A stretch of 64,000 nt of DNA, taken from contig JBBCGO010000001.1 of the NCBI GenBank assembly GCA_037200925.1, positions 760,235-824,234 on the forward strand. The letters are read 5' to 3'. Positions 63,726 to 64,000 of this stretch are shown one piece after another; the first letter of the stretch is position 1, and each line of letters starts with the position of its first letter. Position numbers and translations under genes: made by a program. Under the pieces are notes generated by a model that saw nothing but the letters and a program-made list of their open reading frames with translations, was not told the DNA's origin and made no database searches. This DNA is from Candidatus Doudnabacteria bacterium. Its GTDB lineage: Bacteria > Patescibacteriota > Doudnabacteria > UBA920 > O2-02-FULL-48-8.

Positions 63726-63977
63726 ATGATTTTAATTATTCACATAATTGCGGCGGTTTCAAGTCTGGTGTTGACCGGTTATCTGTATTTTCGACCGTCT
63801 AAACTTGGACTCAATGCTGATTATTTTTTAGTTGGCACAATGCTGCTTACGGGATTTTACCTGATCTTGAGCAAGCCTGCCCATATGACACAAACCTGCA
63901 TTGAGGGATTGGTTTACTTGGGAGTTGTGTCTTACGGCATCGTTTTGGCTCGGCATAAATTGGCCAAGTTGATTTGA
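63726..63977 (+). CDS. Small hypothetical membrane protein
   Basis: Three hydrophobic segments (IIHIIAA...TGFYLI). Confidence 0.55.
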   Translation: MILIIHIIAAVSSLVLTGYLYFRPSKLGLNADYFLVGTMLLTGFYLILSKPAHMTQTCIEGLVYLGVVSYGIVLARHKLAKLI

Positions 63978-64000
63978 GCTGCTAGTTTATATGGCTGATC

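Overview
This window looks like chromosome from a Patescibacteria/CPR (Parcubacteria-like) bacterium. That call is inferred from gene content and the divergent, expanded rRNA, not from a database search. Layout: (1) 1-24.2 kb is a complete type IV pilus locus (pilMNO, pilB, a receiver protein, pilT, pilC, pilins, pilD) with an embedded DsbA/CcdA/Cys-rich module and a 2627-aa giant minor pilin carrying six glycine-rich domains. (2) LysM protein and ligA. (3) 27-29.3 kb is a cluster of small KGG/HTH/Fis genes. (4) 29.3-34.5 kb is a 23S-5S rRNA locus with no 16S. Its leader holds a leader-peptide/antiterminator/terminator attenuator, the 23S carries several insertions, and the 23S-5S spacer holds repeated structured RNAs, two aberrant tRNAs and a micro-peptide gene. 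(5) 37-39.3 kb is an array of self-contained promoter-gene-terminator cassettes, including two orphan MbcA/ParS-like antitoxin domains. (6) tRNA-Ser, dnaG and rpoD, with frameshifts that are probably sequencing errors. (7) A secreted lipase-like protein with a partner gene, and a duplicated bidirectional promoter. (8) A candidate small-molecule synthase/receptor cassette (amino-acid dehydrogenase, PaaK-like ligase, ThiF, nitroreductase, sensor kinase, response regulator) running directly into cyoABCDE. All protein calls rest on motif recognition by eye.
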